From the NCBI GenBank assembly GCA_963667465.2, contig CAXXDN010000002.1, positions 1,312,001 through 1,376,000 on the forward strand: a DNA stretch of 64,000 nt, given 5' to 3'. A program made the translations under genes and the position numbers. The number at the start of each line of letters is the position of its first letter. Position 1 is the stretch's first letter. Of this stretch, positions 22,269 through 31,262 are shown piece after piece. The stretch is from Dehalococcoidia bacterium (GTDB lineage Bacteria > Chloroflexota > Dehalococcoidia > UBA2979). The notes under the pieces are model-generated. The model saw nothing but the letters and a program-made list of their open reading frames with translations. It was not told the origin of the DNA and made no database searches.

Positions 22269-22364
22269 GACCGCATGCTAGGCACGGCGATACCGATCAG
22301 GCAAGTGAGCGGTTGGCGAAGGCCGGCATTCCTTCCCGGCGAGGGCGCGGCGAGGGAAGGCTGG

Positions 22365-23750
22365 CTACGGAATGGCGAGCGCTACCATGAGCCCGCCGAG
22401 GTCGGTCTCCTCGTCGAGGCGCCAGAGGCGGTCCAGCGCCGCCCGCTGACGGGGCTCGTCGAGCAGGCCTGTCGTGAGCCCTCGGAACTTGTCCTCGACG
22501 TCGGAGTCGCTCATCGGCCGCTTGAAGTGCCCGCTGTAGTAGGGGACGGCCGCCGTGTACTCACGGCCGTCCGAGGTGCGCACGGTCAGGATGTTGAGGA
22601 TGGCTTCCGGCCAGGCGGCGTCGCATTCCGGGTCCTGCACGACCTCGATCCGCTGCATCAGGTCCAGCAACAGCGGGTCTCGCAGAACATCGTCCTCGAA
22701 GTGGGCGGGCTCAAGCGTGCCGAAGCGGAGCGCGCAGGCGACGACGTAGGGGAGGCTGTGGTCGGCGGTCTCGCGCGTCGCGGGGCGCCAGCGCGTGGGG
22801 TCGCCCGCCATGACCCGTTTGCCGCTCTCGAACGTGCGGATGTGGACGTGCTCCACCTCGTTCGCGCTGGCGATGCCGAGCACCCCGCGGGCCTCGATCG
22901 CGCCCTCGATCGCTGTCTGGGAGTAGAAGCCCGCCGGAAATCGCTTGAAGCGCGATTCCATCAGCCGAAATGCGCGGTCGTTCCCATCCTCCCGAGCCAG
23001 GGGCGCGAGCTCGACAGGGGCGCCCGTCACGCCCTCGAAGAACCCGTGCGAGCCGGTGAACACGTTGGGCGGACCGGTCATCCCGTGGCGGGCGAGCATC
23101 GCTGCGAAGACGCCGTTGCGGCCCGCGCTCGGGACCGCCGCGGCCTTCCAGTGGGAGATGGTCCCGCGCCGGGCCTCGCCGAGCGTCATGCTGCTGACCA
23201 CAGAGATGCGCAGCGCTTCCGCGAGTTGCTCCAGCGTCAGGCCGATCACCTTGCCCGCGCCGAGCGGTGCGGAGATGGCGGCGTAGGCGGCTTGATCCCA
23301 GACACCACCCGAGGCGAGCTGGAAGCTGTCCGCCCAGGCAGCCTGCACCTCGTAGGCGAGCGTGACCGCCGCGATCAGCTCCGAGCCCGACGCTCGTTGC
23401 GCCTCGGCGGCGGCCAGCACCGCGGGGATGTTGTCGGAGGGGTGGGCGGCGTCCTGGCCGTTGTAGGTGTCGTTGAAGTCCAGGTAGCGCACCATGGCGC
23501 CGTTCACGAAGGCGGCCATGTCGGGTGTGGTCGTCTCGGTCGTCCCAAGCAGCGTGGCCGGTGACGAGCCGCGCACCTCGAGGGCCAGGTCCCGGGCGGC
23601 GCGCACCGGGGCAGCATCGCTCGCTCCCAAACCGCAACCCACGGAATCGATGACCAGCCGCTTGACCTGGTGCACCACCTCGCCCGGCAGGTCCACGTAC
23701 TCGAGGCTGCTGACGTAACCCGCGAGGCGATCGACGAAAGGATCGGTCAT
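22365..23750 (-). CDS. MmgE/PrpD family (2-methylcitrate dehydratase-like)
   Basis: RYLDFNDTY, HPSDNIP, ISHWK, TRETADHSLPY. Confidence 0.88.
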   Translation of the reverse strand: MTDPFVDRLAGYVSSLEYVDLPGEVVHQVKRLVIDSVGCGLGASDAAPVRAARDLALEVRGSSPATLLGTTETTTPDMAAFVNGAMVRYLDFNDTYNGQDAAHPSDNIPAVLAAAEAQRASGSELIAAVTLAYEVQAAWADSFQLASGGVWDQAAYAAISAPLGAGKVIGLTLEQLAEALRISVVSSMTLGEARRGTISHWKAAAVPSAGRNGVFAAMLARHGMTGPPNVFTGSHGFFEGVTGAPVELAPLAREDGNDRAFRLMESRFKRFPAGFYSQTAIEGAIEARGVLGIASANEVEHVHIRTFESGKRVMAGDPTRWRPATRETADHSLPYVVACALRFGTLEPAHFEDDVLRDPLLLDLMQRIEVVQDPECDAAWPEAILNILTVRTSDGREYTAAVPYYSGHFKRPMSDSDVEDKFRGLTTGLLDEPRQRAALDRLWRLDEETDLGGLMVALAIP

Positions 23751-24292
23751 GGTGCAGCGCCTCGGTCCAGCGGGTCGTCGGGGCCGATCGCCTCGAGGCT
23801 GGCCTTGAGGGCGGCCATGAGGGCGCCCGCCTCGGCGCCGTCGAGGGCGCGGTGGTCGAAGCTGATCGCGAGGTTCATGACCGAGCACGGCGCGAAGGCG
23901 TCGCCGCCGTCGTCCCCGGGAACGCTGCGCAGCTCGCGGCGGCTCGCCTCGGTGGTGACGATTGCAACCTGGCCGAGCGGGACGATCGGCTGCGAGATCA
24001 GCGAGCCGCAGGCGCCGGTGTTGTCGATCGTGAGCGTCGCATCGATCAGCTCGACGCGCGTGAGCGTGCGGGCGCGAGCGCGCTCGCCGGGGTCGCGCAG
24101 TTCGCGGGCCGGCTCGGAGCCGACCCGGGCGGCCTCGTGGCCGGTGCCGGGCATGGCGAAGGCGGCCCGGCCCTGGCGGTTGAGGGTCAGCACGCGGTCG
24201 TTGGGCTCGCGCGCGAGCAGCATGTCGCGGTACATGCGCCGCTGCGGGTCCGTGGCGCGGAGGCCGCTCTCCGGCTGATGGATGCGGGTCAT
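23747..24292 (-). pseudogene. In-frame chimera of 2-oxoacid dehydrogenase E1alpha N-terminus and E2 acyltransferase C-terminus
   Basis: MYRDMLLAR...LNRQGRAAFAMPGTGHEAA (E1alpha) joined to TLTIDNTGACGSLISQPIV...ISFDHRALDGA (E2). Confidence 0.75.
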
Positions 24293-24428
24293 GGCTCGCC
24301 GCCGCTTCCCGTGATCTCCAGCGTCAGCCAGGCGGGGCGGGAATGCCACCTCTCTATCAGTATAGTGCCTGCCAAGGCGCCTCGATGGCTGCTGCACGCG
24401 GCCGGAGGGGGCGCGAGAGGGGGACAAG

Positions 24429-25202
24429 ATGTCGCAACTGCACCTTGAGGTATCGGACTACATCGCCGTGATCACGATGGACAACCCGCCGGTCAACGCG
24501 ATGGACCGCGACTGGAACATGATCGAAGTGCTCGACTCGTTCGCAGATCGGGACGATGTGCGCGTCTGCATCCTCACCGGCGCCGGGACGCGCGCGTTCT
24601 GCGCAGGCGCGGACGTGAAGCGCGGGGCGCGCGAGGCGGGGACGACGCCTCCGCCAGGCACGCGGCTGGCGACCAGCCGTGCCGCCCGCGAGCGCTACAA
24701 CGCGCTCGTGGAGTGCGCGGTGCCGGTGATCGGCGCGATCAACGGGCACGCGCTGGGCGCCGGGATGGCGCTGGCCGCCTGCTGCGACTTCCTGATCGCC
24801 TCGGAGAACGCGACGTTCGGGCTGCCGGAGGTGAACGTCGGGCTGCTCGGCGGGGCGAGCCAGATGGGCCGCATCTTCCCGGCCGGCTGGCTGCGCTGGG
24901 CGAACATGACGGGCCAGCGCATCAACGCCCAGCAGGCGCTGACGGCTGGTGCGGTGCTGCGCGTGGTGCCGCCGGAGCAGCTGATGGACGAGGCGATGGC
25001 CGAGGCGCGGGTGGTCGCCTCGAAGATGCCGCTCGGCGTCCAGATGGTGAAGTCCACGCTCAACGTGATCGAGAACATGGACATCAAGAACGGCTATCGC
25101 TACGAGCAGACGCAGACGGCGATCCTCTCGAAGACGGAGGACTCCGCCGAGGCGAAGCGTGCCTTCGCGGAAAAGCGCCAGCCGGTCTGGAAGGGCCGCT
25201 AG
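24429..25202 (+). CDS. Enoyl-CoA hydratase/isomerase family
   Basis: AFCAGADV, GHALGAG, FGLPEVNVG, FAEKRQPVWKGR. Confidence 0.92.
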   Translation: MSQLHLEVSDYIAVITMDNPPVNAMDRDWNMIEVLDSFADRDDVRVCILTGAGTRAFCAGADVKRGAREAGTTPPPGTRLATSRAARERYNALVECAVPVIGAINGHALGAGMALAACCDFLIASENATFGLPEVNVGLLGGASQMGRIFPAGWLRWANMTGQRINAQQALTAGAVLRVVPPEQLMDEAMAEARVVASKMPLGVQMVKSTLNVIENMDIKNGYRYEQTQTAILSKTEDSAEAKRAFAEKRQPVWKGR

Positions 25203-25278
25203 CCGCAGCCCCTCCAGCCTCGGGGCGGGAGCGGCGGCCGAGGGCGTCCCGGCGTTCAGGCGTGCCGTGCGTCGGGGT

Positions 25279-25353
25279 TGGTAGCAGGGGCCGGATTTGA
25301 ACCGGCGACCGACGGCTTATGAGTCCGCTGCTCTACCACTGAGCTACCCTGCC
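25279..25353 (-). tRNA. tRNA with CAT anticodon (elongator Met, possibly Ile2)
   Basis: GGCAGGGTAGCTCAGTGGTAGAGCAGCGGACTCATAAGCCGT...GGTTCAAATCC...CCCTGCTACCA cloverleaf. Confidence 0.9.
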
Positions 25354-25453
25354 GTGCCCGCGATCTTAGGCGCGCAACCCCGTCGCTGTCGATGCGGTCT
25401 GCCCTCGCCGCGCCGGGTCCGCCGCTACAATCCACCGGGAGGGGCGGTGAGCG

Positions 25454-25912
25454 ATGAGCAGTGGCGAGGCCGCGCGGTTCTGGTCCTACATCGAGCACTC
25501 GGTCGACCAGATCGTAGCCACGCTCGATGGCCTCGAGGCCGACGAACTGAACTGGCGTCCGGCGGGGCCGGAGACCAACAGCCTCTTCGTGCTCGCCACG
25601 CACATCCTCGGGGCGCTCGACGAGACGCTGCTCGGGGTGCTGTGCGGCGAGCCCCGATCACGCGACCGGGACGCGGAATTCGTCGCCTCCGAGGCGACGG
25701 CCGAGGCGCCCGTCGCGCGCTGGGCGAGCCTGCGCGCCGAGATCGGCGAGCGCCTCGCGGCGCTGCCCGACGAGGCGCTGGACGAGGTGCGGCAGCACCC
25801 GCGCCGCGGCGAGGTCACGGGCCGCGACCTGCTGATCTTCACCGCGCAGCACACGGCGGAGCACGCCGCCCACGCCGAGCTCACCCGTCAGCTCCTCGAG
25901 AAGCGGCGGTAG
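25454..25912 (+). CDS. DinB/DUF664 superfamily protein
   Basis: LDGLEADELNWRP...NSLFVLATH...RDRDAEF...HTAEHAAHAELTRQL. Confidence 0.85.
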   Translation: MSSGEAARFWSYIEHSVDQIVATLDGLEADELNWRPAGPETNSLFVLATHILGALDETLLGVLCGEPRSRDRDAEFVASEATAEAPVARWASLRAEIGERLAALPDEALDEVRQHPRRGEVTGRDLLIFTAQHTAEHAAHAELTRQLLEKRR

Positions 25913-26027
25913 CTTCGGAAGTCTCAGGCCGTCCCGGCCCTCACCTTTCCCACGGGGACCCCGCAAGTCCCTGAATGGAGCAACGCAAGGCCTGGAATGC
26001 GGCAATTCAGGCTACCCACCGCCCCTT

Positions 26028-26370
26028 GATTCCGGCTTCGACGGAATGACGGGACAGGCGCCGGACTGGACGATTCTGAAAAGGTCTCGCCGGGGACGGG
26101 TCCGGGTGCGCCCTCGGGCTTCGGGTGCGCCCTCGGGCTTCGGGTCCGCGCTCGAAGGCCGCGCCGCAGGCGCCGGCCCATGGGGCCCATGGGGGCGTGG
26201 GGGCGCAGCCCCCACATGAGGCGGCGCGGGGCGCAGCCCCGCATCCACTGAGGGCGGGTGGGTGGGTCGAGCCGCGAGCAGCGCGCGCTCGTCCGGGATG
26301 GGGGCGTGGGGGGCTGCGCCCCCCACAGCAGGTGACTCGTACCAGAGGGAGGGGCTGGAGAGCCCCTCCC
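26028..26370. repeat. Cluster of REP-like palindromes and a 19-bp tandem duplication
   Basis: GATTCCGGCTTCGACGGAATGAC; (CGGGTGCGCCCTCGGGCTT)x2; three GGGGC-GCA/TGC-GCCCC hairpins; GGGAGGGGCT-GGAG-AGCCCCTCCC. Confidence 0.7.
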
Positions 26371-27434
26371 TAGAAGGTCAGGATGCTGCGGCCGAAGACC
26401 TCGCCGCGCTCGAGGCGGCCGACGGCTTCGTTGATGCCCTCGATCGGGTGGCGCTCCGTGACCAGCGCGTCGAGGTCCAACTGGCCCTCGTTGTACCAGC
26501 GCAGGAACTCCGGGAAGTCCTTCTCCGGGACGCAGGAGCCGCCGAGCGTGCCGATCAGCGTCCGCTCCCCTTGCAGCATCGAGCGTGTCGGGATTTCCTG
26601 GCGGCCGATGCCGGAGCCGATGATCGCGGCAACCCCGCCGCGCCGCCCGTCCCACTGCGAGGGCCGCACCGAGTCGATGATCTGGCCCGTCGTCTCCGGC
26701 GCGCCGATCGCGTCGATGGCGTAGTCCGCGCCGCCGTCGGTGATGCGGATGATCTCCTCGACGGGGTCCACCTCGCGGGCGTTGATCAGCACGTTCGCGC
26801 CGAAGTGCTTCGCGAACTCCAGCTTCTCGTCCGAGAGGTCGACGGCGATGATCGGGTCCGCATCGCGCACGGCGGCCGCGGCGATCGCGCAGAGGCCGAC
26901 GCCGCCGACACCGTAGACCGCGCAGGACTCGCCCTTCTGCACGTTCAACGAGTTGGTGACCGCACCGGAGCCCGTCATCACCGCGCAACCGATGATCGAG
27001 GTGACCTCGTTGGGGGTGTCGTCCGGAACCTTGAGCACGAACTCGGCGTTGCAGATGGTGTGCTCGGACCAGGTGTAGATGCCGGCGTGGCCGTTGAGGT
27101 CCTCGCCCTTCCAGCGCACGGGTGCGGTGGAGACGGTGCGGCCGGTGCCCGGCTGCGGGTTCCTCGGCAGCCAGCCGACCAGCACCTTGTCGCCGGGAAC
27201 AATGTGGTCCACCCCGTCCCCGACGGCGACGACCTCGCCGGTGGACTCGTGGCCGAGCACGGTGGGGAAGGTGGGGTTGGTGTGCCCGTGCAGGGCGTGC
27301 AGCTGCGAGTGGCAGACGCCGCTCGCGAAGTTGCGCACGAGGGCGTGACCGGGCGCGACCTCGTCGTCGTAGTCGACCTGCTCGACGAGCAGGGGCTTGC
27401 CCATTTCGGCAAAGATGACCGTGCGTGACTGCAT
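26370..27434 (-). CDS. Zn-dependent medium-chain alcohol dehydrogenase lacking the structural-Zn lobe
   Basis: SGVCHS, LGHES, GCAVMTG, GVGGVG; no four-Cys cluster. Confidence 0.88.
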   Translation of the reverse strand: MQSRTVIFAEMGKPLLVEQVDYDDEVAPGHALVRNFASGVCHSQLHALHGHTNPTFPTVLGHESTGEVVAVGDGVDHIVPGDKVLVGWLPRNPQPGTGRTVSTAPVRWKGEDLNGHAGIYTWSEHTICNAEFVLKVPDDTPNEVTSIIGCAVMTGSGAVTNSLNVQKGESCAVYGVGGVGLCAIAAAAVRDADPIIAVDLSDEKLEFAKHFGANVLINAREVDPVEEIIRITDGGADYAIDAIGAPETTGQIIDSVRPSQWDGRRGGVAAIIGSGIGRQEIPTRSMLQGERTLIGTLGGSCVPEKDFPEFLRWYNEGQLDLDALVTERHPIEGINEAVGRLERGEVFGRSILTF

Positions 27435-27496
27435 CCGGGGAGCTCCTTCCAAGGATTGAGGTTCTGAGCGCGCCCGATTCTATGCGATCGCAGCCC

Positions 27497-28087
27497 TCAC
27501 GGCCTGTCGGGCGCCTCCGCTGCGGCCTCGGCGGCCTCGGCGAGGCGTGCGAGGGCGGCTTCGAGCGCCATCGCGCAGCGCGCGGCCGCACCCAATCCGC
27601 CCTCCACGAGCAGGCGGCGCAGTCTGCCGTTCTCCTCCGGGGCCGCATGCTCCTCGGAGGTTCGCGCGAGCGAGACGAGCAGGCGGCGGTCTTGGTCGAG
27701 CCGCTGCAGCAGCGCGGGGATCGTCGGGGCCGCGTACATCAGCGCCGCGGCGAGCGCGGGACGGCGGTCGCCGTCCGCGGGAAGCGCAGCGCCGCCTGCG
27801 AGCGCCGCGAGGGCGAACGCAGTCAGCTCCAGCTCCGCCGCCAGCTCCGCGACCGCGAGGCGGGGGGAGCGGCCGGAGGTGGCCGGCTCGTCGGCGGCCC
27901 GCTCGCCGAGGGCGCGCAGCGCGACGGCGATGCGGCGCTCGATCTCGCCGATCGCCTCCTCGATCTCGGCGAGGCTGAGCTGGCCGATCTCCCCGGCGGC
28001 GGGCGCGGTGGAGTCCGGCGCTGGCTCGGCGGCGCTCGCTTCGAAGTCGGGCATCGGCTGCGTTACCCTGCTCGCGTGCGGGAGCAC
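27497..28087 (-). CDS. Hypothetical Ala/Leu-rich helical protein (start uncertain, possibly 28054)
   Basis: Most plausible frame filling the gap; no recognisable motif. Confidence 0.5.
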   Translation of the reverse strand: MLPHASRVTQPMPDFEASAAEPAPDSTAPAAGEIGQLSLAEIEEAIGEIERRIAVALRALGERAADEPATSGRSPRLAVAELAAELELTAFALAALAGGAALPADGDRRPALAAALMYAAPTIPALLQRLDQDRRLLVSLARTSEEHAAPEENGRLRRLLVEGGLGAAARCAMALEAALARLAEAAEAAAEAPDRP

Positions 28088-28098
28088 GGAGGCGGACG

Positions 28099-28299
28099 AT
28101 GGGTTGGCCGCGGCATCTTGTGATCTTCGCCGCGCTGCTCGTCAACCTCTGGCTGGGCGGCGACCTGGTGGAGGCGCTGGCAGGGCCCTACGTGCGAGGG
28201 CTGTTCGAGCTGGTGCTGATCCTCGGCTACCTCTGGTTCGTCGTCGGCCTCGGATCGCTGCTGCGGCGCCGGACGGACGAGCCGCCGCCGGGGCAGTAG
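28099..28299 (+). CDS. Small two-helix membrane protein
   Basis: GGAGG SD; two hydrophobic segments. Confidence 0.65.
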   Translation: MGWPRHLVIFAALLVNLWLGGDLVEALAGPYVRGLFELVLILGYLWFVVGLGSLLRRRTDEPPPGQ

Positions 28300-28408
28300 C
28301 GCCGGCGAGGGCCGCGCCGCCCGCGCGGTTGACCCCTCGATCGGCACGCTCCTAGCATCGAAGGCAGTACGGGCAGGGCGTGACCTCGATACGGGCGCCC
28401 GTGCGCCG

Positions 28409-28485
28409 GGGCGATTAGCTCAGCAGGCAAGAGCGTCCGGTTTACACCCGGGAGGTCGGAGGTTCGAGCCCTCCATCGCCCACCA
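28409..28485 (+). tRNA. tRNA-Val(TAC)
   Basis: GGGCGATTAGCTCAG...TTTACAC...GGTTCGAGCCC...ATCGCCCACCA. Confidence 0.95.
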
Positions 28486-28772
28486 ACTCCAGGCGCGTGC
28501 AGCCCTACGCGCGCATCCCGTTCCCGGTCAGCCTCTTCGTCTGCTTCGGGCTGTTCGCCGTCCTGCCGCACAGCAACCTGCTGGTCGTGCTCTGCGGGGA
28601 CCGCAGTACCCAGCCGGTGCTGAACACCGACAGCTTCGTCCGGTAGCGCCCGCGCTGCGCCGCCCCGCGGGCGGCCCGCCCGGCCTATAGTGTGGCAGTG
28701 AACCCGGAGGTGGCGCCGCCCGCCGGCAGGTGAGGGCCACCAGTCCGACTCCCCGGTCACCGGAGGCAGCCT

Positions 28773-30533
28773 TTGACGGCGCCAGCCCTCGGCAACCCTC
28801 AGTACGAGGCGAACGAGAGCCCACCGCTACTCAGAACCCTGGGCCTCGGTGCGCAGTTCAGCCTGATCGCATCCGCCACCCTGCTGGTCACCCCGGTGAT
28901 CGTCGCCGACGCCTCGGGCCGGGGCGAGCCCTACGTCGTGTGGATGGTCTTCGCCTCGCTGATCGTCGTCGGCGTGTCGACGCTGATCCAGGTACGGCGG
29001 CTCGGCTTCGTCGGCGCGGGCGCGACGCTGCCGATGTTCACGGCGGCGTTCGCGATCCCGTTCTGCATCACCGCGGTGCAGGATGGGGGTCCGGCGACGC
29101 TGACGACGCTGCTGCTGCTGGCGGCGGTCGCCCAGATCGCGATCTCCAGATGGCTGTTCATCCTGCGGCGCGTCGTCACACCGACTGTCGGCGGCACGGT
29201 GATGATGATCCTCTCGATCACCCTGGCCTCGGTGGTGTTCGACCTGCTGGACGATGCCACGCAGGTGGACCCGGATGAGGCGTCCCTGACCGCGCTCGTG
29301 ACGATGGTTGTCGCCGCCGCGCTGACGCTGCGCAGGTCGCCGCTGCTGCGATTCTGGGGGCCGATCGCCGGCATCATCGTCGGGTGCGTCGTGGCCGGGG
29401 CGCTCGGGATCTTCGACACCGAGCGGGTGGCCCAGGCCGCCTGGATCGGGCTGCCGGCCGAGTATCCGGGATTGGGGCTGGACTTCGGGCTCGAGTTCTG
29501 GACGCTGGTCCCGGCCTTCCTGTTCCTCGGGGTGATCATCTCGATCCAGGCGAACGGCGCATCGATCTCCATGCAGCGCGTCGCGTGGCGCGAGGACCGG
29601 GCGGTCGACTTCCGCCAGGTGCAGGGCGCCGTCGCGGGCGGCGGCGCGAGCAACCTGCTGGCCGCCATCGGGGGCACGGTGCCCAACGCGATCAATCCGG
29701 GCATCATCGCGTTCACGCACATCACGGGCGTCGCGTCCCGCTCGCTCGGCTACAGCATCGGGATCTTCTTCATCCTGCTGGCGTTCCTGCCGAAGGTGTC
29801 CGGGCTGCTGAGCAGCATCCCGGGGCCGGTGATGACGGGGTACCTGATCATGGTGACGGGCACGCTGTTCGTCGACGGCGCGCGGACGGTGATCCAGCAC
29901 GAGCAGAACAACGAGAAGATCGCGGTCGCGGGGGTCTGCTTCTGGATCGGCGCGGCCTTCCAGTTCAAGCTCTTCGCCCTGCCGGACCTCGGCCCGGTCC
30001 TGAACGCGATGCTCGCGAGCGGCATCACCACCGGCGGCCTCGCCGCCGTCGTGATGATCCTCTACCTGGAATTCACCAACCCGCGGCGCGCGCGCTTCCA
30101 GTCCCAACTCCACATCGACGCCCTCCCGCAACTCAACGAGTTCATCGCCCGCTTCGCCGAGCGCCGTGGTTGGGACGACGCAATGAAGGACCGGCTCAGC
30201 GCCGTCGCGGAGGAGACGCTTCTCACCCTGGCCCCGCTCGACCTCGAAGGGCTCCTCACGGAAGGCGAGGACGACGAGGAGACGGAGGAACGCCAGTTGA
30301 TTGTGCTGGCCTCCAGCGACGGGCCGGTGGCCGACCTCGAGTTCATCGGGGGAGGCAACGACGAGAACATGGAGGACCGGCTGCGCCAGCTCCAGCAGCA
30401 CGACTCGGAGACGATGGTGGAGCAGGACGTCTCGCTGCGGCTGCTGCGCAACTACGCCTCCTCGGTCCGCCACCAGCAGTACCACGACACCGACATCATC
30501 TCCGTCACGGTCGAGCCGCCCGACGCGCGCTAG
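28773..30533 (+). CDS. Divergent NCS2/NAT (xanthine/uracil permease-like) protein with a soluble C-terminal domain
   Basis: Multiple TM segments, LGAQ, STLIQ, TPTVGG, ITGVASR, LPKV...IPGPV; TTG start after GGAGG. Confidence 0.8.
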   Translation: MTAPALGNPQYEANESPPLLRTLGLGAQFSLIASATLLVTPVIVADASGRGEPYVVWMVFASLIVVGVSTLIQVRRLGFVGAGATLPMFTAAFAIPFCITAVQDGGPATLTTLLLLAAVAQIAISRWLFILRRVVTPTVGGTVMMILSITLASVVFDLLDDATQVDPDEASLTALVTMVVAAALTLRRSPLLRFWGPIAGIIVGCVVAGALGIFDTERVAQAAWIGLPAEYPGLGLDFGLEFWTLVPAFLFLGVIISIQANGASISMQRVAWREDRAVDFRQVQGAVAGGGASNLLAAIGGTVPNAINPGIIAFTHITGVASRSLGYSIGIFFILLAFLPKVSGLLSSIPGPVMTGYLIMVTGTLFVDGARTVIQHEQNNEKIAVAGVCFWIGAAFQFKLFALPDLGPVLNAMLASGITTGGLAAVVMILYLEFTNPRRARFQSQLHIDALPQLNEFIARFAERRGWDDAMKDRLSAVAEETLLTLAPLDLEGLLTEGEDDEETEERQLIVLASSDGPVADLEFIGGGNDENMEDRLRQLQQHDSETMVEQDVSLRLLRNYASSVRHQQYHDTDIISVTVEPPDAR

Positions 30534-30618
30534 GCCGACGCGGCAGGCGGCCGCGTGTGCCGTCAGCGCTGCCAGCCGATACCCTTCCTGTAGCGAATCG
30601 CGTGGTGCGAGGGCAGGC

Positions 30619-30843
30619 ATGCACGTCGCCGACGAATGGGATGCTGGCGACATGGGATGCGGCGAGGTGATCATCCTGCTCAGGACGCGGATGCGGAAAC
30701 TCAGCCCGGGCGAGGTCTTCAAGCTGACGGCCTCCGACCTCGGAGCCCCCGAGGACATTCCGGCGTGGTGCCGCCTCACGGGCCACCGCTTGCTGCAGGC
30801 GGAGCACCCGCACTACTGGATCGAGCAGACTCAGCGCGCGTAG
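30619..30843 (+). CDS. TusA/SirA sulfur-carrier protein
   Basis: WDAGDMGCGE...LSPGEVFKLTASDLGAPEDIPAWCRLTGHRL. Confidence 0.88.
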   Translation: MHVADEWDAGDMGCGEVIILLRTRMRKLSPGEVFKLTASDLGAPEDIPAWCRLTGHRLLQAEHPHYWIEQTQRA

Positions 30844-30874
30844 GCCGCGAGGAGCCGCGAGGAAGGGAACGATC

Positions 30875-31237
30875 TTGGCCGGGAAGTTTTGCGTGAGCCT
30901 CACCCATGCGGGCGACGACCCTGACAGGGCGACGGTCGCTTTCGTCGTGGCCAACGCCGCCCTCGGCTCCGAGCAGGAGACCGTCGTGTTCCTCAGCACC
31001 GAGGGCGTGCGACTGGCCGAGCAGGGCTATGCCGACGACATCCACGAGGACGGCTTCATGGCGCTCGCCGAACTGATGGGCCTGTTCGCCGAGGGCGGCG
31101 GCGAAATCTACGTCTGCGCGCCCTGCTACAACAAGCGCGGCCTCGACACGGACAACCTCGTCGACGGCGCGGTGATCGTCGGCGGCGCGAAGCTAGTCGA
31201 GTTTCTCGCCGACGGCACGCCCTCGATCTCGTACTAG
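30875..31237 (+). CDS. DsrE/DsrF family protein
   Basis: DRATVAFVVANAA...VFLSTEGVRL...IYVCAPC...GGAKLVEF. Confidence 0.88.
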   Translation: MAGKFCVSLTHAGDDPDRATVAFVVANAALGSEQETVVFLSTEGVRLAEQGYADDIHEDGFMALAELMGLFAEGGGEIYVCAPCYNKRGLDTDNLVDGAVIVGGAKLVEFLADGTPSISY

Positions 31238-31262
31238 ATCCGGCTCGCCGCCCGGCAGATCG

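Noticed and set aside
26100-26370. Possible CRISPR array
   Set aside because: The repeats are not identical or evenly spaced, and no cas genes are present.
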